Positions 30,531 through 39,708 of a DNA stretch of 64,000 nt are shown here, one piece after another (the first letter of the stretch is position 1; each line of letters opens with the position of its first letter). The notes below the pieces were generated by a model. The model was not told the origin of the DNA, did no database searches, and saw only the letters and a list, made by a program, of their open reading frames with translations. Both the position numbers and the translations under genes were made by a program. Origin of the DNA: Planctomycetota bacterium (GTDB lineage: Bacteria > Planctomycetota > Brocadiia > JAADGH01). Where the stretch lies: positions 96,001 through 160,000 of the forward strand of contig JBFMAD010000003.1 of NCBI GenBank assembly GCA_040755855.1, in the 5' to 3' direction.

Positions 30531-30594
30531 GTAGCTGAACTCGCCAGAGTTCAGACTGCATCCGCTTGTGGATTCCCGCTTTCGCGGGAATGAC
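30531..30594. repeat. Two REP-like palindromes between hisS and aspS
   Basis: GTAG-CTGAACTC-gcca-GAGTTCAG (30531-30554) and TGGATTCCCGC-tttc-GCGGGAATGAC (30569-30594). Confidence 0.7.
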
Positions 30595-30598
30595 GTTT

Positions 30599-31897
30599 CT
30601 ATCGTTTGGTTCCCTTCAGACACTCGATCAAACCCGCCTCATCAACGTCCGTCTCCTGGCCGGTGCTCATCTCCTTCAGCTTGAACCGGCCGGTCTCGCG
30701 CTCGTTGGCGCCGATCACGACGATGTGCTTCGCGTTGTCGCGGTTGGCCGCGCGCATCACCTTCTTCCAGTTCCTGCCCTCGTAATCGCTGTCGGCGGCG
30801 ACGCCCGCGCGCCGCAATTTTGATAAAAGCGAAAATGCGAACGGCCGGTCCTCGTCGCCGATCGGTATGACGAAGATCGTCGGGCCGGCGTCGAGACCGG
30901 GGCCCGCGGCGCATTGCTTCTCCAGCGCAAGCATCGTCGGCACGACGCCGATGGCGAACCCCACGCCGCCCGTCGGCGGGCCGCCGACCTCCTCCACCAG
31001 GCCGTCGTACCGCCCGCCGCCGCAGATGGCGTCTCGCGCACCAAGCGCCGGGTGGGCGATCTCGTAGATGGTCTTTGTGTAGTAGTCAAGTCCCCGCACC
31101 ATCCGGTCGTCCAGCGTATAGGCGAGGCCCTCCGCCTCAAGGCCATCTTTCACTTTTGCGAAATGCTCCCGACATTCCTCGTCCAGATGGTCCCGGATAC
31201 ACGGCGCGTCCGCCATCAGCGCCTTACAATTCTCCTCCTTGCAGTCGAGGACGCGGAAGACGTTTCGATCTATTCGCGCACGGCAGTTCTTGCAGATCTT
31301 GGCCTCGACGCTGCGGAGCGCCTCCCGCAGGACGGCGCGGTAGGCGGCTCGGCACTTCGGGCAGCCGAAGGAATTCAACTTGATCGTGAACCCGTCCAAT
31401 CCGATTTTGCGAAAGATTTCCGCCGCCAGAAGGATCGTCTCCACATCGGCCATCGGATCATAAGTCCCGATCACCTCCACGCCGATCTGGTCGAACTGGC
31501 GCATCCGCCCCGCCTGGGGGCGCTCGTGGCGGAAGATCGGCCCCATATAATAGAACTTCTGGAACTTCTTGCTCTTGAACAGGTTATGCTCCACGTAGGC
31601 CCGCATCACGCTCGCCGTCCCCTCGGGGCGCAGGGCGAAGGTCGTCTCGTCGCCCTGGGCGAGCGTGTACATCTCCTTCTCCACGATGTCCGTCGTGGCG
31701 CCGATGCCGCGGACGAACAGGCCGATGTCCTCGAAGATCGGGGTGCGGATTTCCTTGTACCCGAAGAGGTCGAAGGTCTCCCGCGCCGCATTCTCGATGC
31801 GTTGCTGTCGGGCCATCTTCTCGCCGAAGAGGTCCTCCGTGCCGCGCGGAGCGCGGACGATCTGAGGCGCCTGTGACTTGTTCGATGAATCGCTCAT
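30599..31897 (-). CDS. hisS: Histidine--tRNA ligase
   Basis: PRGTED, TPIFE, LRPEGTA, FRHERPQAGR.RQF.Q, RGLDYY, GGRYDGL; ATG 31897 overlaps the udg stop. Confidence 0.97.
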   Translation of the reverse strand: MSDSSNKSQAPQIVRAPRGTEDLFGEKMARQQRIENAARETFDLFGYKEIRTPIFEDIGLFVRGIGATTDIVEKEMYTLAQGDETTFALRPEGTASVMRAYVEHNLFKSKKFQKFYYMGPIFRHERPQAGRMRQFDQIGVEVIGTYDPMADVETILLAAEIFRKIGLDGFTIKLNSFGCPKCRAAYRAVLREALRSVEAKICKNCRARIDRNVFRVLDCKEENCKALMADAPCIRDHLDEECREHFAKVKDGLEAEGLAYTLDDRMVRGLDYYTKTIYEIAHPALGARDAICGGGRYDGLVEEVGGPPTGGVGFAIGVVPTMLALEKQCAAGPGLDAGPTIFVIPIGDEDRPFAFSLLSKLRRAGVAADSDYEGRNWKKVMRAANRDNAKHIVVIGANERETGRFKLKEMSTGQETDVDEAGLIECLKGTKR

Positions 31898-32613
31898 GTC
31901 TTCTTCTGCATATCCTTCAGCGTATCCCGCACGCGCTTCATGTCCTCCCACACCTGTCGCTTCCCGCCGGGATTGCGCAGGAGGTACGCCGGATGGAAGG
32001 TTGGCATCAGTTTGATCCCATCGAACTCCGTGAATGTCCCGCGGAGCTTCGTGATCCCGTCCGTCGTTTTGAGCAGCCCCTGAACCGCCGTGCCGCCGAG
32101 GGCCACGATGATCTTCGGCTGGATCAGGCGGATCTGCTTCCGGAGGTATGGCATGCACATCACCATCTCGGTCGGCAATGGGGCGCGATTGTTCGGCGGA
32201 CGGCACTTTAGGATGTTGGCGATATAGACATCCTCCCGCTTCATGCCGATTGCCTCGATGATCTTCGTCAATAGCTGTCCTGCCCGACCGACGAAGGGTT
32301 CTCCTTGCATGTCTTCGTCGTGCCCGGGGGCTTCGCCGATGAACATCAGGTCGGCGTCCGGGTTGCCCACGCCGAATACCAGGTTCGTCCGCGTCTCGCC
32401 GAGGCCGCACTTGCAGCAGGCCTGCAGCTCCGCCTCGAGTTGAGCTAGGGCCTTCGCCCGTTCCGACGGCGATGCGTCGGCCCGCGTTTCCCCTGTCTTC
32501 TCGGCCTTCTCAAACAACGGCAGGTCGTTCATGCCGAATCCCATCTCCATCTCGACTCGATTTCGCACCGCTCGGATGAGCGATTGGACGGCGTCGTTCG
32601 GTTCGTGGCTCAT
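31894..32613 (-). CDS. Uracil-DNA glycosylase, family 4 (Fe-S)
   Basis: [37 protein letters not shown]. Confidence 0.95.
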   Translation of the reverse strand: MSHEPNDAVQSLIRAVRNRVEMEMGFGMNDLPLFEKAEKTGETRADASPSERAKALAQLEAELQACCKCGLGETRTNLVFGVGNPDADLMFIGEAPGHDEDMQGEPFVGRAGQLLTKIIEAIGMKREDVYIANILKCRPPNNRAPLPTEMVMCMPYLRKQIRLIQPKIIVALGGTAVQGLLKTTDGITKLRGTFTEFDGIKLMPTFHPAYLLRNPGGKRQVWEDMKRVRDTLKDMQKKT

Positions 32614-33614
32614 CGCTGTTCCTGTGTTGCGTCTGCGCGGCAGAATGGACACAGGGCCGCCTCGACCGCCTGGATCACGCGGCGCTCGGCCTCCTCCAAC
32701 GGCAGATCTATCTCGCACCCCGCGGCGCGCAGGTGGCCGCCGCCGCCGAACTGCTTCGCAACGGCGCACACATCCACATCCTCGTTCGACCGGAGGCTCG
32801 CCTTCACCTGGTTCGGCTTCTCCAGATCGTACAGCAGGACCGCCACTGACACCCCCTCGATGGATCGCGGTATCTCGATGATCTCCTGCGTGTCGAGCGG
32901 GCTGGTTCCCGTCGCGTCAAACATCTGCTTGGTGATCCGCATCGTCGCTATCTTCCCCCCCGCATGCAGCGCCACCGTCTGCTCGGCCAACATCCGCAGC
33001 TTGAGCAGGTTGAGCGGTGTGCAGCGATAGAGCGCATTATTTGCCTTTGTCAAATCGAGGCCGCGCCCCAGCAGCTCCGCCGTGATCGTCAGCGCCTCCG
33101 GACTGGTGTTGCTGTGGAGGAACCGACCAGTGTCGGTAGCGATTGCCGTATAAAGACTTAGAGCAATATCAATCGTGATCTCGACGCCCAGACGCCGCAG
33201 CAGGCGGTAGATCATCTCGCCCACAGAACTCGCGTGTGTATCCACCCACGCCACGTCGCCGAAGCCGTCGTTGGAGGTGTGATGGTCTATATTCACCACC
33301 GGCGCATCCTTCGGCAGCTCGTCCCTGATGCCGCCCAGTCGCTCCAAGTCGGAGGAGTCGAGGACGATGACCAGATCGTAGTCGCGGCGGAGGTTCCTGG
33401 CCGATGCGCCGATATCCTCGCGTCCGTTCAGGAACACATAGAGGCCCGGCACGGGGCCGTCGTTCACGATGTGCGCCTGCTTTCCCAACTGCCGCAGGCC
33501 CTCGGCGAGGGCGAGTTCGGAGCCGACGGCGTCGCCGTCCAGTCGGACATGCGACGTGATAAGCACATTCGACTTAGCCGCGATCAGTTTGTTGATTCGA
33601 TCCAGTTCGTCCAT
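32610..33614 (-). CDS. nrnA: Bifunctional oligoribonuclease/PAP phosphatase (DHH/DHHA1)
   Basis: H...DGDAVGS, IDHH, TDTGRF, SLRS, GGGH..AAG. Confidence 0.93.
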   Translation of the reverse strand: MDELDRINKLIAAKSNVLITSHVRLDGDAVGSELALAEGLRQLGKQAHIVNDGPVPGLYVFLNGREDIGASARNLRRDYDLVIVLDSSDLERLGGIRDELPKDAPVVNIDHHTSNDGFGDVAWVDTHASSVGEMIYRLLRRLGVEITIDIALSLYTAIATDTGRFLHSNTSPEALTITAELLGRGLDLTKANNALYRCTPLNLLKLRMLAEQTVALHAGGKIATMRITKQMFDATGTSPLDTQEIIEIPRSIEGVSVAVLLYDLEKPNQVKASLRSNEDVDVCAVAKQFGGGGHLRAAGCEIDLPLEEAERRVIQAVEAALCPFCRADATQEQR

Positions 33615-33762
33615 GGAATTCTCCAAAGGGACTATACCACAGAGCAGGCGCAGGAGTCAAGGCAGTAGACAACGGCTGGGAGGACGCAAACCTCACGACG
33701 ATGTTTACAGAGGGAGTTTTTTGCCGTAAAATAAATTGTTTAACTTGGGAAGGAGGCGCGCT

Positions 33763-34272
33763 ATGAAACGGATTTGCGCATGGTGCAAGAAGGATTTGGG
33801 GGCTAAGCCATCGATGGCGGACGATGCTACGATTACACACGGCATCTGCAAATCGTGCATCACGCAATATCTCTCTGCTCTTGCTAAGTCCATGCCCGAG
33901 TTTCTGGACGGTCTGGGGGTTCCCATCCTTATGATCGGGTCGCGACCACGCGTGGTAACGGCGAACCGGCAGGCCCGCGAGCTTCTCGGCAAAGACCTGC
34001 CCGGGATCGAGGGACGGCGGGGTGGAGAGGTCATCGAGTGCATATACTCCAAGCGCCCCGGCGGATGCGGGGAGCAGGAGCACTGCAAGTCGTGCACGAT
34101 CCGGCAGACGGTGCTCGAGACGTTCGCCACAGGGAAGGGCTTTGTCAGGGTTCGCGCCTATCCGGACATTCAAACCGGCAAAGACGAGAAGACGATGTGC
34201 ATCGAGATCTCGACGGAGAAGATTGGGGACTACGTATTGCTGCGAATTGACGACCTTCGGGATGTCGAATAG
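33763..34272 (+). CDS. Stand-alone PAS-like domain protein with Cys-rich motifs
   Basis: N-terminal CAWC...THGIC..C; PAS-like AN..A..LLG; GEVIEC...GCG....CKSC.IR; AGGAGG RBS. Confidence 0.7.
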   Translation: MKRICAWCKKDLGAKPSMADDATITHGICKSCITQYLSALAKSMPEFLDGLGVPILMIGSRPRVVTANRQARELLGKDLPGIEGRRGGEVIECIYSKRPGGCGEQEHCKSCTIRQTVLETFATGKGFVRVRAYPDIQTGKDEKTMCIEISTEKIGDYVLLRIDDLRDVE

Positions 34273-34399
34273 CCCGCCTTGTCCATATTGCGTCAAGTTT
34301 TTCTGCCCTGCGCTTCCGACTTGATTCTGCGCGCATTCGTGGTATTCTGGGTTAGCAGCATTGGACAGCAATAGGTAACTCAGGTTCCCAAGGTATTGC

Positions 34400-36976
34400 A
34401 TGGCGCGAATCTATCTGGCGTACTTCGTGTCGGGGTTTGTCAGCCTCGCCTATCAGATCGTCTGGTATCGCTGCTTCGTTGATCGGATCGGCGCGAGCAA
34501 TATCACCTTTGTCCTTGTGCTCTGCTGTTTCATCGGCGGCCTCGGCGCGGGGTCGGCGGCGAGTCGCCGCGCAGCAGCCCGGCTGCGGCCCCTCTTGGGC
34601 GGCAGAGACAACCTTACCTTTTACGGGCAGATCGAGCTGATCATCACTGTAACGGCCCTCGGACTTTTTGTTTTTTCGTCGCTGCCAAATCATATCGTCA
34701 GCGGCTTTCCGTACGTCCTGAAGGGCAACGTATATGAGCCAACATGGATCTACCAGACGCTCAAAGTCCTGGCAGTGGTTCTCTGCGTCTTCATCCCCTG
34801 CTTTTTTATGGGGATTACGTTTCCCTTGCTCTGCGCTGTGTTCAAGAGGCATGAACGGTTTCCCTCTCGGCTCTATGCCTGGAACACCTTCGGCGCGTGC
34901 GCAGGCGTGGTGGTGTGCGAGTTTGTGCTCATCCGATACCTCGGCACGACCGTGGCGTTCTGCGCGGCTCTCCTTCTGAACGCGCTTCTCGGCGCATGGT
35001 TCCTCAAACAGGGGGAGCGTCTCTTCGGTCTCCTTGTGGGCCAGGCCGCAGCGCCATCGGAAAGCGACAGCGTGGACGACTCGACAGAGCCAGAGCCAGC
35101 TGAGAAGGAGGCGAATCCATCGGATACAGCACCCCCGCCCATCTCCCTCCGGACAGCCGCCGCGTGCGCCGCCGTGTCCGGCCTGCTCAGCGGCGGGCTT
35201 GAGGCCGACATGCTGAAGCGCTATGCCCTGTGGGGGGAGCATCTCAAAATCTCGTTTTCATTCCTCATCTTCTGGGCGATCTTCGCCATCTTCCTCGCCA
35301 GCCTGTGCATCCGCAAACCCCGCGCATGGCGATTCCCGATCATCCAGGTCCTCTTCATCGCCGCGTTTGTCTATCACCTGACGGCGGCCTACTATCACAT
35401 CCCCCTTCGCATGTGGAGCAACCGCTTTGTCCTGACGTACCTGACGCACGACGCCTACTCCGTCGGATTGGCGGAGTCGTTCATGATGAACTTCTTTGCC
35501 ATTTTCCCCACCTACTTCTGCATTGCCCTCCTCCTGCCGCATGTCTGCAACCGATGCCAGGAGCGGAGGCGACACCTCGGCGCGGTCTATGGCCTGAACA
35601 CCATCGCCTTCTGTGCGGGCGTGCTCGTCTTCGGGTGGATCGCGCCCCTCGTCAATCCATTCTATTCCGTCCGCGCCTTCGTCGGGGTCTTTGCGGTTGC
35701 CGTCGTGGTTCTGCTCACGCTGAGCGAGACCCGCCCTCCGCGGCGCCTCCTCTGGGCGCCGGCGGCCGTCGCCCTCGCGCTCGTGTTCATCCTGTCATCC
35801 CGCGGGGTGGACCGAGGCTTCTTCCGCGGCAGGGAGGTGGAGACCCTCCCGATCAGCCACATGCGTAGCGACAGCGCCCACGTGGTCTTCATCGCCCAGG
35901 AACCGGGCTACCGCACGGAGTACTTCGACTGCCATCCCATGTCGGCTAACAATCCCCGCGCATTGCAATATATGAAACTGATGGCGCACTTTCCTCTGCT
36001 GGCCCATACCGGTCCGAAGACGGCCCTCCTCATCTGCTTCGGCGTGGGCAATACCGCCAAGGCCATCGCCGACCACTCCTCCATCGAGCGCCTCGACGCC
36101 GTTGACCTCTGCGGACCGGTGTTCGAGCTGGCCCCGCAGTTCGCGGACACAAACAACCGCGTCTATGAGGACAAGCGCGTGCGCCTGATCCACGACGACG
36201 GACGCAACTTCCTCAACCTGACCGCGGGGACCTACGACCTCATCACCTCCGAGCCCCCGCCGCCGTGCCACCCCGGCGTAGGCCGCCTCTACTCCCTGGA
36301 ATACTACCAGGCGTGCAAGAGGCGCCTGTCGCCCAACGGCCTCGTGTCCCAGTGGCTGCCGATCTACCAGATGACGTCGGAGATGCTGGATCGAAGCGTG
36401 GCCACCTTCCGCCTCGTGTTCCCGTATACCATGATGTTTGTCGGCGCGGAGGAGGACATCATCATCGTTGGCTCCCCCGAGCCGATTGATTTCTCCCGCG
36501 TCGAGACGCGATTCGCGTGCGACAAGAGGGTGCTGGCCGATCTCGAGAGCGTCGGCGTCAAATCAGTTACGCAGCTCCTCGCGCGGGTCGTCCAGGTGGA
36601 TGACACGATTGACGAGCGCTTCAAGGGAAAGGGCATCCTCACCGACGAGAACAACTTCCTGGACTACGCCGTGACGACCCAGTTTGTGTGGTATCAGATC
36701 GTCGGCGGGCGGAAGATGCTGACGGGCCCCTTCGTCCAGGAAAGGGCGGCGCTGGGGTATCACTCCCTGCCTGTGCTCAAGGAGTTAAAGCGGCAGGACC
36801 TGCGCTGCTACGAGCAGCTCCGGGCGATCCTGGAAAGCCCCGAGTCGCTGAAGAAGATCGTCCCCGACTTCCCCATCTATCTCCCCGCCCCGCCCGCGGC
36901 GAAGCCGAAGGCTGAAGGGCAGGGAAACCGTAAAGCGCACGAAGGGAAGGAAAAGAGAGACGCAGATTTACGCTGA
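34400..36976 (+). CDS. Fused multi-TM/spermidine synthase-like (class I SAM-dependent) membrane protein
   Basis: SGF.SL.YQIVW.R, LYAWNT.GA, many TMs; C-terminal ICFGVGNT, DDGRNFL, YDLITSEPP, LYS.EYY, QWLP.Y. Confidence 0.88.
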   Translation: MARIYLAYFVSGFVSLAYQIVWYRCFVDRIGASNITFVLVLCCFIGGLGAGSAASRRAAARLRPLLGGRDNLTFYGQIELIITVTALGLFVFSSLPNHIVSGFPYVLKGNVYEPTWIYQTLKVLAVVLCVFIPCFFMGITFPLLCAVFKRHERFPSRLYAWNTFGACAGVVVCEFVLIRYLGTTVAFCAALLLNALLGAWFLKQGERLFGLLVGQAAAPSESDSVDDSTEPEPAEKEANPSDTAPPPISLRTAAACAAVSGLLSGGLEADMLKRYALWGEHLKISFSFLIFWAIFAIFLASLCIRKPRAWRFPIIQVLFIAAFVYHLTAAYYHIPLRMWSNRFVLTYLTHDAYSVGLAESFMMNFFAIFPTYFCIALLLPHVCNRCQERRRHLGAVYGLNTIAFCAGVLVFGWIAPLVNPFYSVRAFVGVFAVAVVVLLTLSETRPPRRLLWAPAAVALALVFILSSRGVDRGFFRGREVETLPISHMRSDSAHVVFIAQEPGYRTEYFDCHPMSANNPRALQYMKLMAHFPLLAHTGPKTALLICFGVGNTAKAIADHSSIERLDAVDLCGPVFELAPQFADTNNRVYEDKRVRLIHDDGRNFLNLTAGTYDLITSEPPPPCHPGVGRLYSLEYYQACKRRLSPNGLVSQWLPIYQMTSEMLDRSVATFRLVFPYTMMFVGAEEDIIIVGSPEPIDFSRVETRFACDKRVLADLESVGVKSVTQLLARVVQVDDTIDERFKGKGILTDENNFLDYAVTTQFVWYQIVGGRKMLTGPFVQERAALGYHSLPVLKELKRQDLRCYEQLRAILESPESLKKIVPDFPIYLPAPPAAKPKAEGQGNRKAHEGKEKRDADLR

Positions 36977-37200
36977 TTCTCACAGATTATTTTAGCGGTC
37001 TTGGGTTTGGGGTTCCGGTTCGTTCCTGATACCCCATTCCCGTACTCCCACACCCCCATACTCCACACATCTGCGTCCATCTGCGTCAATCAGCGTCTCC
37101 CTCTTCCTCTTCCTCTTCCTCTTCCTCTGCGTCTCCGCGCCTCTGCGGGAGGCATCTTGCCGTTTACTCCGCAATCCGAAATCCACGTTCCGCACTCAGT
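36955..37200. repeat. Mosaic of short intergenic tandem and inverted repeats
   Basis: ACGCAGAT-type units (about 36959-36987) inverted against ATCTGCGT-type units (37069-37098); CCCATACT-type octamers; (CCTCTT)x4; AATCCGC-type heptamers. Confidence 0.7.
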
Positions 37201-37205
37201 CGGTC

Positions 37206-38147
37206 TTACCCCGCCGGATTCCATATATTCCCATCCACCGAATCAGGATTCCCCTCCGCGTCCTTGCCGGAGATGGTGAAGGGTTCTCCCTTGGTCTTGA
37301 ATGCGGCGTTCCACGCCGGGCCGTTGGTGCCGGCATAGGTGACGTTGTTCATCTTCGTGCCGTAGGTTTCGCCGATCTCGTTGATGAAGAAGCAGCGCCG
37401 CCCTGTCACATTGACCTCGACCGGCCAGGCATAGACGATGAAGTGCTGCTCCTGTTCGTCAATAGCGGCCTGGTTCGTCCTGGGATCGAGGAGGGTGCTG
37501 GGCTTGGAGTCGTTGCCGTCGCACGCCCTGTCGTCGGTGGCTTGTCCCCCCTTGCCGATGAGATAGAGGCGGTAGTAGTAGCCGGACTTCTGCGCGATGC
37601 CCGTTCCCGCACTGCTGCCGGTATGGAACTGCGGGGAGATGTAGATGGGCGAGACGGGTGTCCTTGCCTTCTTGTTCCGAGCCGCGATTTCGCCGCAGAG
37701 CTCGCACAGGTAGCCAAATTCACCAACCCCGTCATCATCCTGGTCCACTTCGCGTTCCTGTTTGAAAAGGGACTGCTGCGTGACGACGGTCTTGAGAGAT
37801 CCTATTGTGGCGGCCTCATTCCCCGCCATGCGCGAACGAAAGAGGCCAGGCGCAGCGACGATAAGCATTGCCGCGAAAGCCATTACCATGCTGAAGCAGC
37901 CGAGACCGCCCCCTCGGATCGCCCCTTTGCTCGTCGCAGCGCGTATCGCGGATAGAAGGCCGATTCCCAAGGCCCCGTAGCCAGTAACCCCAAGAGCATG
38001 ATCGGCGAAGGACCAGAGGAAACGCAGAAGCGTACTGCCTTCCTGCCTCGCAGGATGGGGTAGAACGAAGTGCATCAACAGGGCAAGGACGAGCGAAACC
38101 GCGGCCAGAACCAGGGCCGCGACGGCCAGTCGTGATACTCTCGGCAT
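37206..38147 (-). CDS. Pilin-like protein with multi-TM (DUF4190-like) N-terminus, paralog 1
   Basis: About 3 TMs, then PGLFRSRMAGNEAATIGSLKT (pilin alpha1-like), DQDDDGVGEF, KSGYYY, YAWP, FFINE.G. Confidence 0.65.
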   Translation of the reverse strand: MPRVSRLAVAALVLAAVSLVLALLMHFVLPHPARQEGSTLLRFLWSFADHALGVTGYGALGIGLLSAIRAATSKGAIRGGGLGCFSMVMAFAAMLIVAAPGLFRSRMAGNEAATIGSLKTVVTQQSLFKQEREVDQDDDGVGEFGYLCELCGEIAARNKKARTPVSPIYISPQFHTGSSAGTGIAQKSGYYYRLYLIGKGGQATDDRACDGNDSKPSTLLDPRTNQAAIDEQEQHFIVYAWPVEVNVTGRRCFFINEIGETYGTKMNNVTYAGTNGPAWNAAFKTKGEPFTISGKDAEGNPDSVDGNIWNPAG

Positions 38148-38194
38148 GATGGTTCCTCCCCATCGGTGGTCAGACGCTCACCATCTTACCACGC

Positions 38195-39106
38195 TCAGCC
38201 GGCCGGAGTCCATATGTTCCCATCTACCGAATCGGGGCATCCTCTATTGTCCCTGCCGGAGATGGCGTAGGGTTCGCCCTTCGCCTTGAAGGCGGCATTC
38301 CACGTCGGGCCGTTGGTCCCGGAGTAGGTGACGTTGTTCATCTTCGTGCCGTAGGTTTCGCCCATCTCGTTCACGAAGAAGCATCGCTGCCCGGTCACAT
38401 TGACCTCGACCGGCCAGGCATAGACGACGAAATGCTTCTCCTGTTCGTCAATGGCGGCTTGGTTTGTCTCGGGATTGAGGGGCGTGCCGGGCTTTGATGC
38501 ACTGCCGTCGCAGGCTGTATCATCAGTAACCGTGCCGTCTTTCCCGATGAGGTAGATGCGGTAGAAGTATTCCGACTTCTTCGCAGCGCCGTTTCCTGTA
38601 CTGCCGCCCGTGCAAAACTGCGCCGAGATGTAGGGAGGGGAAACCGGGCCTGTAGCCTTTTTGTTGCGCGGAGTGATCTCGCCGGATAGCTCACAGAGGT
38701 AGCCGTACTCGCCGACCCCGTCGCCGTCCTGATCCACCTCGCGCTGCTTCCTGAATTCGGCTTGCTGAACGGCGATGGTCTTGAGCGAGCCGGTGGTTGC
38801 CGATTCATTCGCTGCAATTCGTGAGCGGAGGAGGCCGGGGATTTGGATCCATCCCGCGCCTACCAACACTCCAAGGAGGATCCCCCAAACGGCATAGCCG
38901 ATTCGCTCCATGTCGTCGCGCCAAACCAAGCAAGCAATTGATACCAACCCAAGAACCACGGCAAGAAAAGCACTCGCCAGCGAAGCGAAGCAGCCGATTG
39001 ACAAACATATGTCCGAATGGGCGCGAATCCAAACGATGCAGAGAAAAGCGTTTGCCGCACCGCTGATGCCGAAGACCACACTTGCGAGGGGCAGCTTCGA
39101 GATCAT
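38195..39106 (-). CDS. Pilin-like protein with multi-TM (DUF4190-like) N-terminus, paralog 2
   Basis: About 3 TMs, then PGLLRSRIAANESATTGSLKT, DQDGDGVGEY, YAWPVEVNVTG; C-terminal domain nearly collinear with 37206-38147. Confidence 0.65.
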   Translation of the reverse strand: MISKLPLASVVFGISGAANAFLCIVWIRAHSDICLSIGCFASLASAFLAVVLGLVSIACLVWRDDMERIGYAVWGILLGVLVGAGWIQIPGLLRSRIAANESATTGSLKTIAVQQAEFRKQREVDQDGDGVGEYGYLCELSGEITPRNKKATGPVSPPYISAQFCTGGSTGNGAAKKSEYFYRIYLIGKDGTVTDDTACDGSASKPGTPLNPETNQAAIDEQEKHFVVYAWPVEVNVTGQRCFFVNEMGETYGTKMNNVTYSGTNGPTWNAAFKAKGEPYAISGRDNRGCPDSVDGNIWTPAG

Positions 39107-39187
39107 GGCCAATCGAGATCTCCGTTGGAGCGATACAGCAGACAACTGCCTGCCACCCCAAGTATACCCGATCTTTCGGCGTTTGTG

Positions 39188-39206
39188 TGTAACATATCTG
39201 TAACAT
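39188..39206. promoter_or_regulatory. Direct-repeat box with 11-bp period (OmpR/PhoB-family-like site)
   Basis: TGTAACAT-atc-TGTAACAT about 80 bp upstream of the paralog 2 start. Confidence 0.45.
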
Positions 39207-39366
39207 GTCGGCTTTGTCCCAAGAATGCGATTGCCGACACGTCGCGGGGATGTAGTCGCCGGGGTCCGGGGACCCTTGAACGTGGCTGCCACGATAGGAA
39301 AGCACAACATGTTCGTGCGCAGCGAGTTGCGACATCACTTGACAAAGGCAAGGCAGATACCGATGC

Positions 39367-39512
39367 CTCGTGCCCTGGCTCCGCCGGGGGACGGCTGTTC
39401 CGTTCGGCTCCGCCTCTTCATAGCGAAAGGAGTCAGGCGGGTTAGACGCATAGCCCGTTCCGAGGCAGAGCCTCGGAACGAGAAACCCGACCTCCCGGGG
39501 TCGGAACCTCCG
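39367..39512. repeat. Degenerate REP-like composite palindromic repeat
   Basis: CTCGTGCCCTGGCTCCGCC... paired with CGTTCCGAGGCAGAGCCTCGGAACGAG; followed by CCGACCTCCCGGGGTCGG hairpin. Confidence 0.6.
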
Positions 39513-39596
39513 GGATGTGCGTCTGAAAATGCAAGTCGTAACCTTCTGAGCTGCAACTGGTTGAATTGGGGAATCGGATTTATTTTCCAATTGGAC

Positions 39597-39625
39597 TTGA
39601 CAACAATACACTGATGGTGTATAAT
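39597..39625 (+). promoter_or_regulatory. Perfect sigma70 consensus promoter with no downstream plus-strand gene
   Basis: TTGACA (39597-39602), 17-nt spacer, TATAAT (39620-39625). Confidence 0.75.
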
Positions 39626-39708
39626 ATGGTTATCGCATGGGGTATTTCTGTTGGCATAGCATACTGGAAGTCATGCGACTCCTTGGGCGGGCGATCCTCG
39701 CCGAAAAA

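Noticed and set aside
31898..32410. Apparent 170-aa N-terminal extension of HisS in the ORF track
   Set aside because: Overlaps the UDG gene in another frame; ATG 31897 coupled to the UDG stop is the more plausible start
33660..33730. c-di-GMP-I riboswitch-like GGACGCAAA upstream of the PAS-like gene
   Set aside because: Lacks the upstream GGCAAACC/GNRA stem and the tetraloop-receptor arrangement
37206..38800. Possible DGR template/variable repeat pair in the duplicated 3' regions
   Set aside because: Both copies are intact coding sequence, mismatches are mostly at third codon positions and involve all bases rather than only adenines, and there is no reverse transcriptase in the window
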